Made by a program: the position numbers and the translations under genes. The notes beneath the pieces were generated by a model, which saw nothing but the letters and a program-made list of their open reading frames with translations, did no database searches and was not told the origin of the DNA. Positions 1-11,876 of a stretch of 64,000 nucleotides of DNA are shown piece after piece. The DNA is from Octopus vulgaris (Eukaryota): NCBI GenBank assembly GCA_951406725.2, contig OX597820.1:110298001-110362000 (forward strand), given 5' to 3'. The stretch's first letter is position 1; each line of letters starts with the position of its first letter.

Positions 1-530
1 ACTGTAACTTTGGTACTTGATGCATCATGAAATATGAACTTCCAAATCTTATCCAAAAAGTAGATTTATTCCAATGCTTTTGTTCTCATTGATGTAGCAT
101 GCTCTCCTTAGATTCCTTTCACTGTGTTGTATTTTTATTTATTTTCATTGCAACTACATATATATTTTTTTGAAAAATCTGCTTTCAGTAACAATACTAA
201 GTAATTATTATGTCATTTTCTTGGGTTATAATGGTGAAAAGCACTAACTCTTGTTCTGTTAATTATTATCACAATTATTTCTGGGAGTGGATTTATCTCT
301 ATACTAATTATCTTCATTAGAATGATGGTTACTGACAGTAACATAAGCAAATATTTTTATGTATCTGTGTGAATTCTTTGTTTTTAAGGTATATGGTTCA
401 CAACTGAGGTACTGCTGCATTGTACCACACAGTAAGGGGTCAGCTGTGATGATACCTTTTAATAATACCTGACTACAAACTTGTAGCAGTGGGACAATAA
501 TTGATTTAATTGTATAACTGGTATATATAA
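1..530 (-). mobile_element. Possible highly degraded Penelope-like element remnant
   Basis: Minus-strand peptides NSHRYIKIF and H.TSMR...KIWK weakly resemble the linker/GIY-YIG segments of the PLE ORFs at 16526-18499 and 29174-30331. Many stops. Confidence 0.25.
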
Positions 531-589
531 TGGCATTTTCATTGGTGTATATATATATTATTGTAATATAACTGATATACTTATGTATA

Positions 590-3420
590 TCATCATCATT
601 ATCATCATTTAAGGTCTGTTGTCCATGCTGGCATGAGCTGGATGGTTTGACTTGGCTGGCAAGCTTGGAAGGCTGTACCAAGCTCCAGTTAGATTTGGCA
701 TGGCTTTCTACAGTTGGATGCCCTTTCTAATGCCAACCACTCTGAAAGTGTAATAGGTGCTTTTATGTGCACAGGTGCCATTTGCATGACACTAGTATCT
801 GCCACAACTGCGATCTTGCTTGGCTTGATGGATCTTCTTCTCAAGTATGACATAATACCAAAGGCCTTGGTCATTGCTTCCATAAGGCCCAACACTCGAA
901 AGGAACTCAGCCTCTTTGCCTCTGTCAGGCCCAATGCTCAAAACGAACTCTGCCACTTTGCCTCCACCAGGCCCAATCCTCAAAAGGAACTCAGCTACTA
1001 TGCCTCCATGAGGCCCAACCTTCAGAGGTTGATTTTTTACGTGCCCTCAGCATGGGGGTACTTGACAGGTCCTCTTAAGCAGAGCTCATTGCCAAAGGTC
1101 TCGGTCACTAGTCATTACCTCTGTGAAGTTCAAAGTTAGAAGATCATGCTTCACAACCTCGTCCCTTGTCTTCCTGGGTCTATCTTTACCACAGGTTCCC
1201 TCCACAGTTAGAGATCGGCACTTCTTTACACAGCTGTCCTCATCCATACGTGTCACATGACCATACCAGCACAGTCATCTCTCTTGCACACCACATCTGA
1301 TTCCTCTTATGCCTAACTTTTCTCTCAAGATGCTTACACTCTGTCGAACATGTACACTGACATTGCATCCAGTGAGGTATACTGGCTTTATTTCTCTCAA
1401 ACCTACACATGTCCTTGGCTGTTATAGCCCATGTTTCACTGCCATATAGCATAGCTGTTTGCACATGGGCATCAAACAATCTGCCTTTCACTTTGAGGGA
1501 GAGGCCCTTTGTTGCCAGCAGGGATGGAACTCTCTGAACTTTGCCCAGCCTAATCTTATTCTCACAGCTCCCAGGGCAGCCTGTCTTGAATTCCTCTGTT
1601 ATTGCCTGGGGGACTATGATGAACAAAGGGGGCTGAGGAGTGATTCTTGGTGAACCCCTACTTCTACCTGGAATTCATCACTATACTCATTGCCAATCCT
1701 CACCTTACTGACAGCATCCCTGTACATGGCTTGTACAGCTCTCATCTATTCCTTGTTTCCAGATAAAGGATCGGAGGACCCTCTCAAAGGCTTTCTCCAT
1801 GTCAACAAAAGCCAAGCACAGAGGTTTATCTTTGGCTAGGAATTTTTCCTGCAGCTGTCTTACCAGAAATATAGCATCAGTGGTGCTTCTCCCTGACTCA
1901 AAACCAAATTGCATCTCATCTAAACTAACTCTCTTCCTAATTAGTTGGACTATGACTGTTTCCGTGACTTTCATCACCTGATCCAACAATTTGATACCTC
2001 TGTAATTATTTCTATCTAAGTTGTCACCTTTACCTTTGCAGCAGTTGACTACGATGCTGCTACACCAGTCATTGAGTATGACTCCTTCATGAACCACCTG
2101 ATTTGTAATACAGGTGACTTGATCATAACCTATACTGCTGGATATTTTAAGCATCTCAGTGGTGATTCCTGATGGGCCAGGGGCTTTCCCTCTCTTCATA
2201 TCTTTAATTGCTTTATCTACCATGGTAATGTCAATTCGGATAGCTGGTCCCTCAGTTGGGTCAACATTTTGCAGACTCTCCTCCTCCCATTCGTTCTCCA
2301 CATTCAGCAGTCTTTTATAATGGCACCTCCGAGCCTCTTTCTTTTCTGAATCATTAAAAGCAAGGGCACTTTCATCCATGTGGTCACATTTCTCTCCTGT
2401 GACGTCACAGTTTTTTCTCACATGGTCTTGCATTCCGAAATACTTCAGTTTGTTGGTCCTCATGGCACTGAACATAGGCAAACTCCTTCTTTTCTGCTTC
2501 TCCCTTGGCTAGATATACCTGTCTCCCAGCTTCCCTTCTGGCTATCTGATACAGTTCCCTGCTGCCCCCACTCTTCCAGGTCTGTTTCTTTGCTCTAATA
2601 GCCCTGTCTACGGTATTGTTCCACCACCATGTTGTCCCAAGTCTGGAAGAGACTTTGCACCAGCCACAGAAATCTATCTAGCTAGCAGAGTCAACTGACT
2701 GATAGGTTTTCAGGCAACTGGCTGGCTTCCTGAAGTTGGTGTTGCAAATCAAAAGGTTATTTGCATCACAGAACTCCAATAGCCTTCTTCCTTCTTCATT
2801 TCGGGAACCGATTCCATGGCCCCCATGAACACCATGATAGATACTGGGCTGCCGTGTGACATACCCATTGAAATACGCAGCCATGAAGATGAGATCATTG
2901 TCACTTGTCTTGGAGGTAGCCTGCAGAAGAATATCATAAAAGTGGTTCTTCTGTTTCTTTGGTAGTCTCGCTTGTGGGGCGTAGGCAGATATAATTGTAA
3001 CTATACTATTATTCTACAAGATTAGCCTGAGATTAAGTATTCTATTACATACTCTAACTACCTCTATGACCTTATCCTTCCATTTCTTAGCAAGGAGTAT
3101 GACCACAACACCTACTCCATTACTGTTACCTTACCAGAAGATTTTATACCTATGTGTCTTGCCTGTGAGGAACCTGGCTGAAGCTTCTCTCCACTTAACC
3201 TCTTGGATGCAACATGCATCAACATGCTTCCTTTCAAGCATCTCTACAATCTTGTTAGATCTACATTTCAGTGTGCCTACATTTACAGTGTCAAATCTGA
3301 AAACTTGGAAAGGGATGTGGGAGGGAACATGGGAAGGAGAGATGTTATTCGGCACCTGGAAAGGGTGCCCCAGATGTGTCATAGCAGTTGCTCTCGCTTT
3401 TAACCTATCATCATTCAAAC
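590..3420 (-). mobile_element. RTE-clade non-LTR retrotransposon, degenerate, internally deleted
   Basis: APE endonuclease N-terminus (TVNVGTL...CCIQEVKW, ORF 3131-3418). RT (GKAPGPSGI, NYRGIKLL, QFGF...STTDAIF, FVDMEKAF, ORF 1705-2481). C-terminal MLYGSETW (1240-1626). 3' UTR ends in a (GAT)n tail near 590. Confidence 0.9.
876..1028. repeat. 42-bp tandem repeat, about 3.6 copies, in the RTE 3' region
   Basis: Units start at 876, 918, 960 and 1002; consensus about GCCTCCATGAGGCCCAACACTCAAAAGGAACTCAGCCACTTT. Confidence 0.9.
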
Positions 3421-3537
3421 AAGTTAAGATTGTTGCCTCTACTGGGGATGCGAGTAAGGTAAGTAATATATATATATATATATATATATATCAAGAACAA
3501 TCTTACTTAGAAAGGGATGCGTGCGTTCCGTCATATA

Positions 3538-4518
3538 ATATATTAATAAATAAAACATATGCATATATATATACATATATGTACGTATCTACCTCTACAT
3601 GTATATATACACGCATATATGAGTACAGGACACTAAAAACTTTTTTGGTAACAAAAACAGGACAGTAACGACAGTACAAAATATAAGCAGTAAAAGACAG
3701 GACAAGGAAAATAACAAGACAAGAAGGGCTGTTAAGCCGAAAGAAAAAAAGTATTACGAACGCTATTTCTGTGGACGGCGAAGGGAGCAAAGAAAATTGC
3801 CATCCACACCTCAAGAAGGTCAGGCAAGAAAGGTGGCAAGGCTCTCGTCGCTGGTTAACGGCAGGAGGGAGGAGGAGGAGTAAGAGAAAGGGAGAGAAGA
3901 AAGGAGAATGGTTGTGAGGAAACCAGAAAGAATGAAGAATGAGAGAGAGGGAGAGAGAGAGAGAGTGAAGAATGAGAGAGAGGGAGAGACAGTTAAGTAG
4001 AAGAAAAGGAAATCAGAAAGAATGAAGGCTGAGAAAGGGAGGGGACAGAAAGGTTAAGAGTGTGCATCAAAATTAATATCAAGATAGCATTCGTAATACT
4101 TTTTTTCTTCGGCTTAACAGCCCTTCTTGTCTTGTTATTTTCCTTGTCCTGTCTTTTACTGCTTATATTTTGTACTGTCGTTACTGTCCTGTTTTTGTTA
4201 CCAAAACGATCTCAAATTTCATTTGATTTGCTTTTCGCAGGAAGGAAAGTTTCTATCGAAGATGCGTCTCGCCTTCACCTTCGAAACGCAGAGTAGATGA
4301 AACCATGGTGACTGAAGAAGGGGTTTTTTCTTTGTGTTATTTGTCCTGTACTCTATTTTTTGTTGTTTAAGAAAAATGTCCAGTTCCTTGGGTTTGTGTC
4401 TATGTTTTCGTTTCTCATTGTGTTCGACGTTTTTTTTTGGTGTCCTGTACTCATATATGCGTGTATATATACATGTAGAGGTAGGTACGTACATATATAT
4501 ATGCATATGTTTTATTTA

Positions 4519-4525
<7 letters not shown>
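3538..4525. mobile_element. Non-coding fold-back element, probably PLE-terminal-repeat derived
   Basis: 3538-3766 is the near-perfect reverse complement of 4084-4206 plus 4436-4525; about 230 bp are missing from the left arm. Purine-rich spacer; (AT)n tracts nearby on both sides. Confidence 0.75.
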
Positions 4526-4565
<40 letters not shown>

Positions 4566-4574
4566 GTACATATT

Positions 4575-4780
4575 TGTGTGTGTCTGTGTTTGTCCCCCCC
4601 ACCATGACTTGACAACTGATGCTGGTGTGTTTACATCCCCATAACTTAGTGCTTCAGGACAAGAGACCAATAGAAGTAGTACTAGACTTACAAAGAATAA
4701 GTCCTGGGGTTGATTTGTTTGACTAAAGGTGGTGCTCCAGAATGGCCACAGTCAGATGACTGAAACAAGTAAAAGAAAAA
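4575..4780 (+). mobile_element. SINE 3' part
   Basis: Matches the 3' half of the SINE at 6473-6850 (GGTGCTCCAG.ATGGCC.CAGTC...GACTGAAACAAGTAAAAGA). Confidence 0.8.
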
Positions 4781-4834
4781 AAAGAATCAGTATGTATGTG
4801 TAAATATATACATATGTATGGATTTATATATATA

Positions 4835-5181
4835 GTTCAAATTTACAGAAAGCAAAAGACAATGACAGGTGAAGGAATAACAAGCATGTGTATTTAGTTT
4901 ACCACTTGGGAAGAGTGGAAAAGTCTTTGACATTTTGAGCTTATGCTTTTTGACAACAAAGTTTGAGAGAGGAAAATAGTGGAGGGAGAAAAAATGTGTA
5001 GGTATTAATATGTGATAGATCGTTAGCCATTACACACATTTTTTTCTCTCCTTGTTTTCTGTGTCCCTTTCTGTAGAAGAGCGTAGGCTCGAACGTAAAA
5101 GACTTTTTCTATTCTTGAGCGTTATACTGATACATCTGTTTGTTTTGTACACCACCTGTCTTCGTCTTTTTCGCAAACTCT

Positions 5182-5186
<5 letters not shown>
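4835..5186. mobile_element. Fold-back mini-element made of two inverted Neptune-type pLTR ends
   Basis: 4835-5000 and 5030-5186 are diverged inverted copies. Both resemble the terminus at 7985-8170, including the CTGTAGAAGAGCGTAGGCTCGAA motif at about 5071. Confidence 0.65.
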
Positions 5187-5231
<45 letters not shown>

Positions 5232-5465
5232 GCATATATGAGGGAGTTTTGATGAAGCATTGTGGGGTATAACTGTAAAGAATGTAGCTGTGTAAAGCTG
5301 GAACAATGCAAGAAGGTACTAAGTAATCCACAATAGGAGAAGAAAACAGCAGAAAGTTGCAATTTTATCTTGTATTTCTGTATTTTGGGAAGAAGACCTC
5401 TTCAGAACATTCGGAAAAGTGGTGGCTGGAAAAAGTCATTGCTCAGAGCTTCGTTCTTTAAATTT

Positions 5466-5530
<65 letters not shown>

Positions 5531-5641
5531 GGATAATAAAATGAATGGTTTACACCTGGTAGCTTACTGGTAAAGCACGGTGATTGTTAAGTATGTGGCA
5601 AATGAAAGACGGAAGATGGAATATGCGATAATTTATTATTA

Positions 5642-5747
5642 ATCATGACAATTGTTTCAACACATCTAGCATCGACCCCTCATGGGTGGGACACTCAACA
5701 ACTGGTTCACGAGCATCTGGCAGTGCAAATGTATCTCACTGGGTGAT
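5642..5747 (-). ncRNA. Degenerate type I hammerhead ribozyme
   Basis: Minus strand: ATCAC-CCAGTGA(mutated core)-GATACATTTG...TAGATGTGTT-GAAAC-AATT-GTC-ATGAT. Stem II and the palindromic stem III are retained. Confidence 0.55.
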
Positions 5748-5820
5748 AAATAAATACAACTTGTTGAAATAACTGTTCTGCAATGTGACTTCCCATTTTG
5801 TAAGAAAGAAAAGCAGCCAG

Positions 5821-5872
5821 ATGAAGGAAATATCTTCACTTAAATATATATATATGTATATGTACATGTATA

Positions 5873-5960
<88 letters not shown>

Positions 5961-6372
5961 TCTTTATTACCCACAGGGGGCTAAACACAAAGGGGACAAA
6001 CAAAGACAGACAAAGGGATTAAGTCGATTACCTCGACCCCAGTGCGAAACTGGTACTTTATTTATCGACCCCGAAAGGATGAAAGGCAAAGTCAACCTTG
6101 GCGGAATTTGAACTCAGAATGTAATGACAGACGAAATACTGCTAGGCATTTTGCCCTGTAGTATTTTGTCTGTCGTTAATTTCTGAGTTCAAATTCCGCC
6201 GAGGTTGACTTTGCCTTTCATCCTTTCGGGGTCGATAAATAAAGTACCAGTTTCGCACTGGGGTCGATGTAATCGACTTAATCCCTTTGTCTGCCCTTGT
6301 TTGTCCCCTCTGTGTTTAGCCCCATGTGGGTAATAAAGAAACATATATATATATATACATATATATATACAG

Positions 6373-6411
<39 letters not shown>

Positions 6412-6459
6412 CACATATACATGTACATATATATATTTAAGTGAAGATATTTCCTTCAT
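5821..6459. repeat. About 640-bp palindrome containing two head-to-head SINE copies plus microsatellite and unique flank
   Basis: ATGAAGGAAATATCTTCACTTAAA at 5821 is mirrored at 6436-6459. SINE 5958-6142 (-) is mirrored by 6158-6342 (+). Centre about 6150. SINE core GCCTTTCATCCTTTCGGGGTCGATAAA resembles the Nin/Deu-type SINE domain. Confidence 0.9.
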
Positions 6460-6472
6460 GTATATATATATA

Positions 6473-6850
6473 GGCGCAGGAGTGGCTGTGTGGTAAGTAG
6501 CTTGCTAACCAACCACATGGTTCCAGGTTCAGTCTCACTGCGTGGCATGTTGAGCAAGTGTCTTCTGCTATAGCCCCGGGCCGACCAATGCCTTGTGAGT
6601 GGATTTGGTAGACGGAAACTGAAAGAAGCCTGTCGTGTATATGTATGTGTTTGTGTGTCTGTGTTTGTACCCCTAGCATTGCTTGACAACCGATGCTGGT
6701 GTGTTTACGTCCCCGTCACCTAGCAGTTCGGCAAAAGAGACCGATAGAATAAGTACTGGGCTTACAAAGAATAAGTCCCGGGGTTGATTTGCTCGACTAA
6801 AGGCGGTGCTCCAGCATGGCCGCAGTCAAATGACTGAAACATGTAAAAGA
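6473..6850 (+). mobile_element. tRNA-derived SINE, full length
   Basis: A-box-like GTGGCTGTGTGGTAAG and B-box-like GGTTCAGTCTC. Near-identical copies at 46689-47105 and 55500-55915. Confidence 0.85.
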
Positions 6851-6863
6851 GTATATATGTATA

Positions 6864-6934
<71 letters not shown>

Positions 6935-7111
6935 GTATATCTGTATATATATATATATATATATGTATATCTGTATATATATGTATATATATATGTATAT
7001 ATATATATGTATCTATGTATATATATATATATATATGTGTATGTATCTATGTAAATATATGTATTTATGTATATATATATATGTATCTATGTATATATAT
7101 ATATATGTATC

Positions 7112-7152
<41 letters not shown>

Positions 7153-7200
7153 CTATGTATATATATATATATATGTATGTATATAAACATATATATATGA
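6851..7200. repeat. Compound (GT)n/(AT)n microsatellite, one of many in the window
   Basis: Direct reading of the sequence. Confidence 0.95.
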
Positions 7201-7328
7201 ATGTCTTTAGAATAATAAGGTAGTCACAATTTTGGATGATTATATATATATTTTTATCTACATTTTATTTATTTACACAAGATATATACATAACACACAC
7301 ATATATTCTTAAAGTGTAATACACACAC

Positions 7329-7364
<36 letters not shown>

Positions 7365-8083
7365 GTATGTATATATATAATTGCTGTGTGAGTGTATAGT
7401 GAACTCAAACATCACCCTTTCAAAACATCTAGAATTTCAATAAAAAAACAGTTGACCACATCTTTAAAACTATTCTTTAATGAGTACAAAAGAACAAGAC
7501 CTGGAAATGCAATTATAATTTTTACTTAAGAAAGTCATAAACAACATCTGATTTTTCAATTAAGAACCCTAATCACTACAAAAATTTAACAACACTAATA
7601 TGAAAACCATACCTCTTTACCTCCCCCACCCTAAAAGGCTACTAAGTACTAAACAAGTCTCACCATGCCAATACAAAAGCCACACCTCTTTACCTCCCCA
7701 TCCTTCTCAAAAAACATTTCTTCTTTCTTCTCCCTTGCTTGGCAACCCCCACAAAATTCTTGTATATAAAAAGGCCAAGAAATCTAACTTTAAACCACTT
7801 TTTGATAAATCTGATACTGGAAGAAAGCACTAAAAGTGTAAATAAAAAAATGTAAATAAAAAAATATATATATAATCATCTAACATTTTGATTACTTTAT
7901 TATTCTAAATATACAATATCTGTACATCAGTTCAAAAACTCTCTCTCTCTCTCTCTCTCTCTACATATATATATATATATATATAACAGGAAGCTTTATG
8001 AAAATATACAAAAGACGAAGGCAGGTGGAATACAAACAAACAATTGTATTAGTATGGCGCTCAGGAAATATAAATAAAACAAG

Positions 8084-8121
8084 TCTTTAACATTTCGAGC
8101 CTACGCTCTTCAACAGAAAGA
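8084..8121 (-). ncRNA. Minimal hammerhead-like motif, variant core
   Basis: Minus strand: TCTTT-CTGTTGA-A-GAGC-GTAG-GCTC-GAAATGTT-AAAGA. Stems I and II pair; core is CUGUUGA instead of CUGANGA. Confidence 0.55.
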
Positions 8122-8321
8122 TACACAGAGAGAAAAAAACACAGAAAGAAGGAGAGAAAAAAAATGCGTGCAGAGGCTAGCGAATCAACATGGCGATCTG
8201 ATTTCGGCCAGAAGTCAAAGATCAAACGTGAGACGCAAGAGCGAAATTAGGGGAGATAATAGGGTTAAATGACCTCGCTCCAACATAAGAGTGTGTGTGT
8301 GTGTGTGTGTATGAGAGAGTA

Positions 8322-9890
8322 TTAGTGCGTATGAGAGGTCTGGACGTGTGTATGTATATATGATGTGATGTGTAAAGTCGTATGGTGTAGTGTAGAGAGA
8401 GGAGATGAGGGAAGAGGGAGGGAAGGAAGGAGAGGAGAAGAGAAGGGGGAGAAGGAAGGAGAGGAGAGGAGAAGGAGAGGAGGAGGGAGGATAGAGGGAG
8501 AGGGGGAGAGAGAGAGAAGGGGAGTGAGGGAGCAGAGAGAAAGAGGGAAGAAGGAGGGAGGAGTAGGGGTGAAAGGATGAAGGACTGAAGAGAAGTAGGG
8601 GTCGGAGGGGAGGTTAGATGAGGAGGGGGAGAGGGGGGTTAGATGAGGAGGGGGAGAGTTGAGACCAAAAGGCGTATAAGAGCGAAGAGAGAAGATTAAT
8701 TCCTGTTCACGGCGCAAACGTGAATCCGGATGGCCTCTGTGCAAGGACAAACCGAACACAGACAAGGAGTGACCGGTGGAGCGGAAATGGCATGAGACCG
8801 GTGTGTCGTTCGCAAGGCGAATGTCACGGAGGTGTTCCACGAACCGGTCAGCCAAGCGGCATCCCGTTTGTCCGATGTACAGGGAATGGCAGAGAGAGCA
8901 AGAGACGCAATAGATAATATTGCTGGAGGTGCAGGTGAAGGAATTGATGATGCAATAGGGTCGATGATGGGTGCCAGTGAGGAGGGTGGTGTTGGAGAGG
9001 TAAGGGCAAGTGCGGCAACGTGGGCGGGAGCAGGGGAACGAGCCAGGTTGGGAGGTAGGGTCAGGGAAGGAGCTATGGACCAAAAGGTCTCGAAGGTTAT
9101 GGGCTCGTTTGAAAGAGGGGAGGGGTCGGTTAGGGAAGAGGTGTGAAGTGGACGGGTCAGACTGGAGATGACGGAAAGCTTGAAGAATGGTGCGTTGGAG
9201 AGGTAGGGTCGTGGGGTGGTAAGTGAGGGGAAAAGGGAGGCGGGAGACTACAGGGCGGGTTCGGGGAGAGAGAGCAGATACACGGTCCACAGAACATGCT
9301 CTGGCAAGGGCGGTGTGGATAGTGGTGAGGGGGTATCCACGTAGGGTGAAGTGGTGAGCCATACGTTGAGACTGAGTCTCAAAGTCATGGTCGTCACTAC
9401 AGAGCCTACGTAGACGGAGGAATTGGGAATAGGGGATGGAAAGCTTGGTGTGTTCTGGGTGGGAGGAATAGAAGTTGAGGTATGAGTGTGAGTCTGTGTG
9501 TTTGTAGTGAATGGAGGTGGTAAGAGTGGAGTGAAGAATGCTAGCCGAAATGTCAAGGAAGGAGACAGAGGTGTTGGAGATAGTGGAAGTGAAGTGGAGG
9601 GCTGGATGGAAAGATTGAACGAAAAAGAGGAAGGAATCTAGATGTTCACGGGAGAGTGAGGTGGCACCGATAATGTCGTCAATGTAACGACCGTATAGTT
9701 CAGGAGTGGGACCAGTGAAATTAGAGAATATTTGGGCCTCAACATAGCCAACGAACAGGTTCGCATAGTTGGGGCCCATTCGTGTTCCCATGGCCACTCC
9801 CGAGACCTGATGGTAGAACTCGCCCGTGAACGAGAAGCAGTTAAGAGTAAGGACAAGTTCGGCCAGACAAATGAGTGTGGAGGTGTCCAA
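8322..9890 (-). CDS. PLE reverse transcriptase (partial) plus Cys-rich linker plus GIY-YIG endonuclease
   Basis: GVAMGTRMGPNYANLF, RYIDD, FLDI, PCSRPRCRTC, NIIYCVSCSLCHSLYIGQT...RF.EH, GLN. The Pro/Ser tail is probably read-through into low-complexity DNA. Confidence 0.85.
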   Translation of the reverse strand: MDTSTLICLAELVLTLNCFSFTGEFYHQVSGVAMGTRMGPNYANLFVGYVEAQIFSNFTGPTPELYGRYIDDIIGATSLSREHLDSFLFFVQSFHPALHFTSTISNTSVSFLDISASILHSTLTTSIHYKHTDSHSYLNFYSSHPEHTKLSIPYSQFLRLRRLCSDDHDFETQSQRMAHHFTLRGYPLTTIHTALARACSVDRVSALSPRTRPVVSRLPFPLTYHPTTLPLQRTILQAFRHLQSDPSTSHLFPNRPLPSFKRAHNLRDLLVHSSFPDPTSQPGSFPCSRPRCRTCPYLSNTTLLTGTHHRPYCIINSFTCTSSNIIYCVSCSLCHSLYIGQTGCRLADRFVEHLRDIRLANDTPVSCHFRSTGHSLSVFGLSLHRGHPDSRLRREQELIFSLRSYTPFGLNSPPPHLTPLSPSSSNLPSDPYFSSVLHPFTPTPPSFFPLSLCSLTPLLSLSPSPSILPPPLLLLSSPSFSPFSSPLLPSLPLPSSPLSTLHHTTLHITSYIHTHVQTSHTH

Positions 9891-10108
9891 AATGTAACCA
9901 CATGTGAATCATTGGTGATTTTCTTCCTCTATCTTCCTTTCTATTGGACGTTTCTTTGTTTCTGAAGAAGAGCGTTGGTTGTACCATCTTTCTTTCCTTC
10001 CCTGAGCATCTGCTAATACTTTACATGTACCACGTTCTCACATTGTTGTTTTTTTGTGTTTGTTCTTTTACTTTTGGGGATTTATTGTATATATATATAT
10101 ATATATGC

Positions 10109-10926
10109 GGTTGCCATAGTAACAAAGCTAAAGCATGCAGAGTGAAGCCATTTGGTAGAGATTGACCTTGAACTCTGTTGTGCATGTGCACTAAGTTTTA
10201 ACATTCTAGTTCACTTCTACTGTTTATAGCCATGCTTGGAAGGAAGGTGTATAGCATGTGATCGTTGCATTGACCATGACAGAGAAAGTTGTCATGGCGA
10301 TACCTGTTCAGAGGCCTACATAAAGTTGCAGAAAGTGTATGGAGAGGAGTGTAAGAGCCACACACAAATGTACGAGTATTTCAGGTGTTTCCAAGATAAC
10401 TATTCTAGGAGACCCGCAACCAGCAGAACTGAAAAATCATTGCAGATGTGCATGTAGTTGTGAGGGGAAATCGTTGAATTACCATCTGTGAGTTATTAGA
10501 AGATGTGCAAATTAGTTATGGTTCAGTTCAGTCCATTATCACTGAAGATTTGAACATGAGATGCATGTCTGCCAATTTTGTGTTGAAACTGCTTTCAGCT
10601 GACCAAAATGCACTTGGGTTTCAGTTGCACAAGATTTCCTTGATTGTGTCAAGAATGATGAAAACTTTTTGAAAACTTTGCGTAGACCTCTGAGCAGGTA
10701 TTGCCAAACTATTGGCAAAATTTTATGCAGATTCTCTGCTCAACTTCCTCTGTCACAATCAATACAATAATCACACACCACGCATCTTCCTTCCAAGCAC
10801 TGCTGTAGACAGTGGAAGTGAGCTAGAATGTTAAAACTTAGTGAACATGCACAGCAGCGTTTAAGATCAGTCTGTGCCATGCAGCTTCATTCTGCATGCC
10901 TTAGCTTCATTACTATGGCAACAGTC
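10109..10926 (+). mobile_element. Mariner-family deletion derivative with long (about 170 bp) imperfect TIRs
   Basis: GTTGCCATAGTAACAAAGCTAAAGCATGCAGAGTGAAGC... is mirrored at 10884-10922, and the mirror extends inward. HTH remnant EAYIKLQKVYGEEC. Same family as 38560-39585. Confidence 0.8.
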
Positions 10927-10950
10927 TATATATATATGTATATATATGTA

Positions 10951-11876
10951 TTGGGTCATCCTTTAAATAATGTGATCTTCTTATACTTCTTTTATTTTTC
11001 AAAATTAAGATAAACAAAGTTCTTTTTTAATCTGAAATATGTTCTCCTTCATTTTCTACAATACTCTTCCATTTCTCTGGTAAACTTGCAAGGCCCCTCT
11101 TCCAAAATTCACTTGTCTGTGATGAAAAATTCTCCTCCAGTACTGTTCTGACCTTCTCTACAGAATTCATAATTTTTCTGTGGAAATGATTTTGAAGACT
11201 GCAGAATAAATGATAATCAGATGAGGCAATGTCCAGCAAATAGGGTGGGTGGGGCAGTGTTTCCCATTCAAACTGCTCCAGCCTTTGGAATGTCATCCGC
11301 GTTGTATGTAGCCAAGCATTATCCTGATGGAAGAACACTTTTTGCTTTGAAAGCAAAGATGGTTGTTCTTCTTCTAGTGCTAGTGTCCATGAATAGTTGA
11401 ATGACCAAATCCAAGCTTCTCTGCTAGCTCCTCAACATTAGCAATTGGATTTTGTTCCACCAGAGTTTGTATGACGTCCTCGTCGAGCTCTACAGATCTT
11501 CCAAGACAAGGCTCATCTTCTAGACTGTATTTTCCAGCTTGGAATTTCTAGAACTATCTTTGACACTGCCTTACACTTATTGTCCAATCCCAATATAGTG
11601 CAGTAATATTTCTCTCACTTTCCATTCATTGCATTGTTGCCTTTATTGAACTCATAAAGCAAAATATGCTGAATATGCTCCTTTGACACTTCCTTTATAG
11701 CTTTGAAAAAATAACTGCTAAAATCGAACTGCACTCTTCAAAACTTGCACTAAGAATAAGTACAAGGTGAAATTACTACCTGCTTTTATAGCAAGTTAAT
11801 GCAGGTAGTTTATCCCGTCCCCTTCCAACTTTTAGTTCATGTAATTAAAAAACCGCATTATTTATGGGTGACCCAA
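10951..11876 (-). mobile_element. Mariner (DD34D) transposon, degenerate
   Basis: TIRs TTGGGTCATCCTTTAAATAATG / CATTATTTATGGGTGACCCAA, flanked by TA. ORF 11027-11356 contains HQDNAWLH and HPPY..DIA.SDYHLF. Confidence 0.9.

Larger units (their letters stand above)
7985..9890 (-). mobile_element. Penelope-like element (Neptune-like), 5'-truncated, with 3' pLTR
   Basis: RT-GIY-YIG ORF, pyrimidine-rich 3' region and a terminal repeat with a hammerhead-like motif, abutting (AT)n. Confidence 0.9.

Noticed and set aside
876-1028. 42-bp periodic repeat as a CRISPR-like array
   Set aside because: The units are contiguous diverged copies without unique spacers, they derive from RTE 3' sequence, and the context is eukaryotic with no cas genes.
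6473-6545. SINE heads as functional tRNA genes
   Set aside because: They are attached to SINE bodies in several copies and I could not fold a full cloverleaf.
6806-7223. ORFs rich in YI/CV/HT repeats, here and throughout the window
   Set aside because: They are translations of (AT)n, (GT)n and (AC)n microsatellites.
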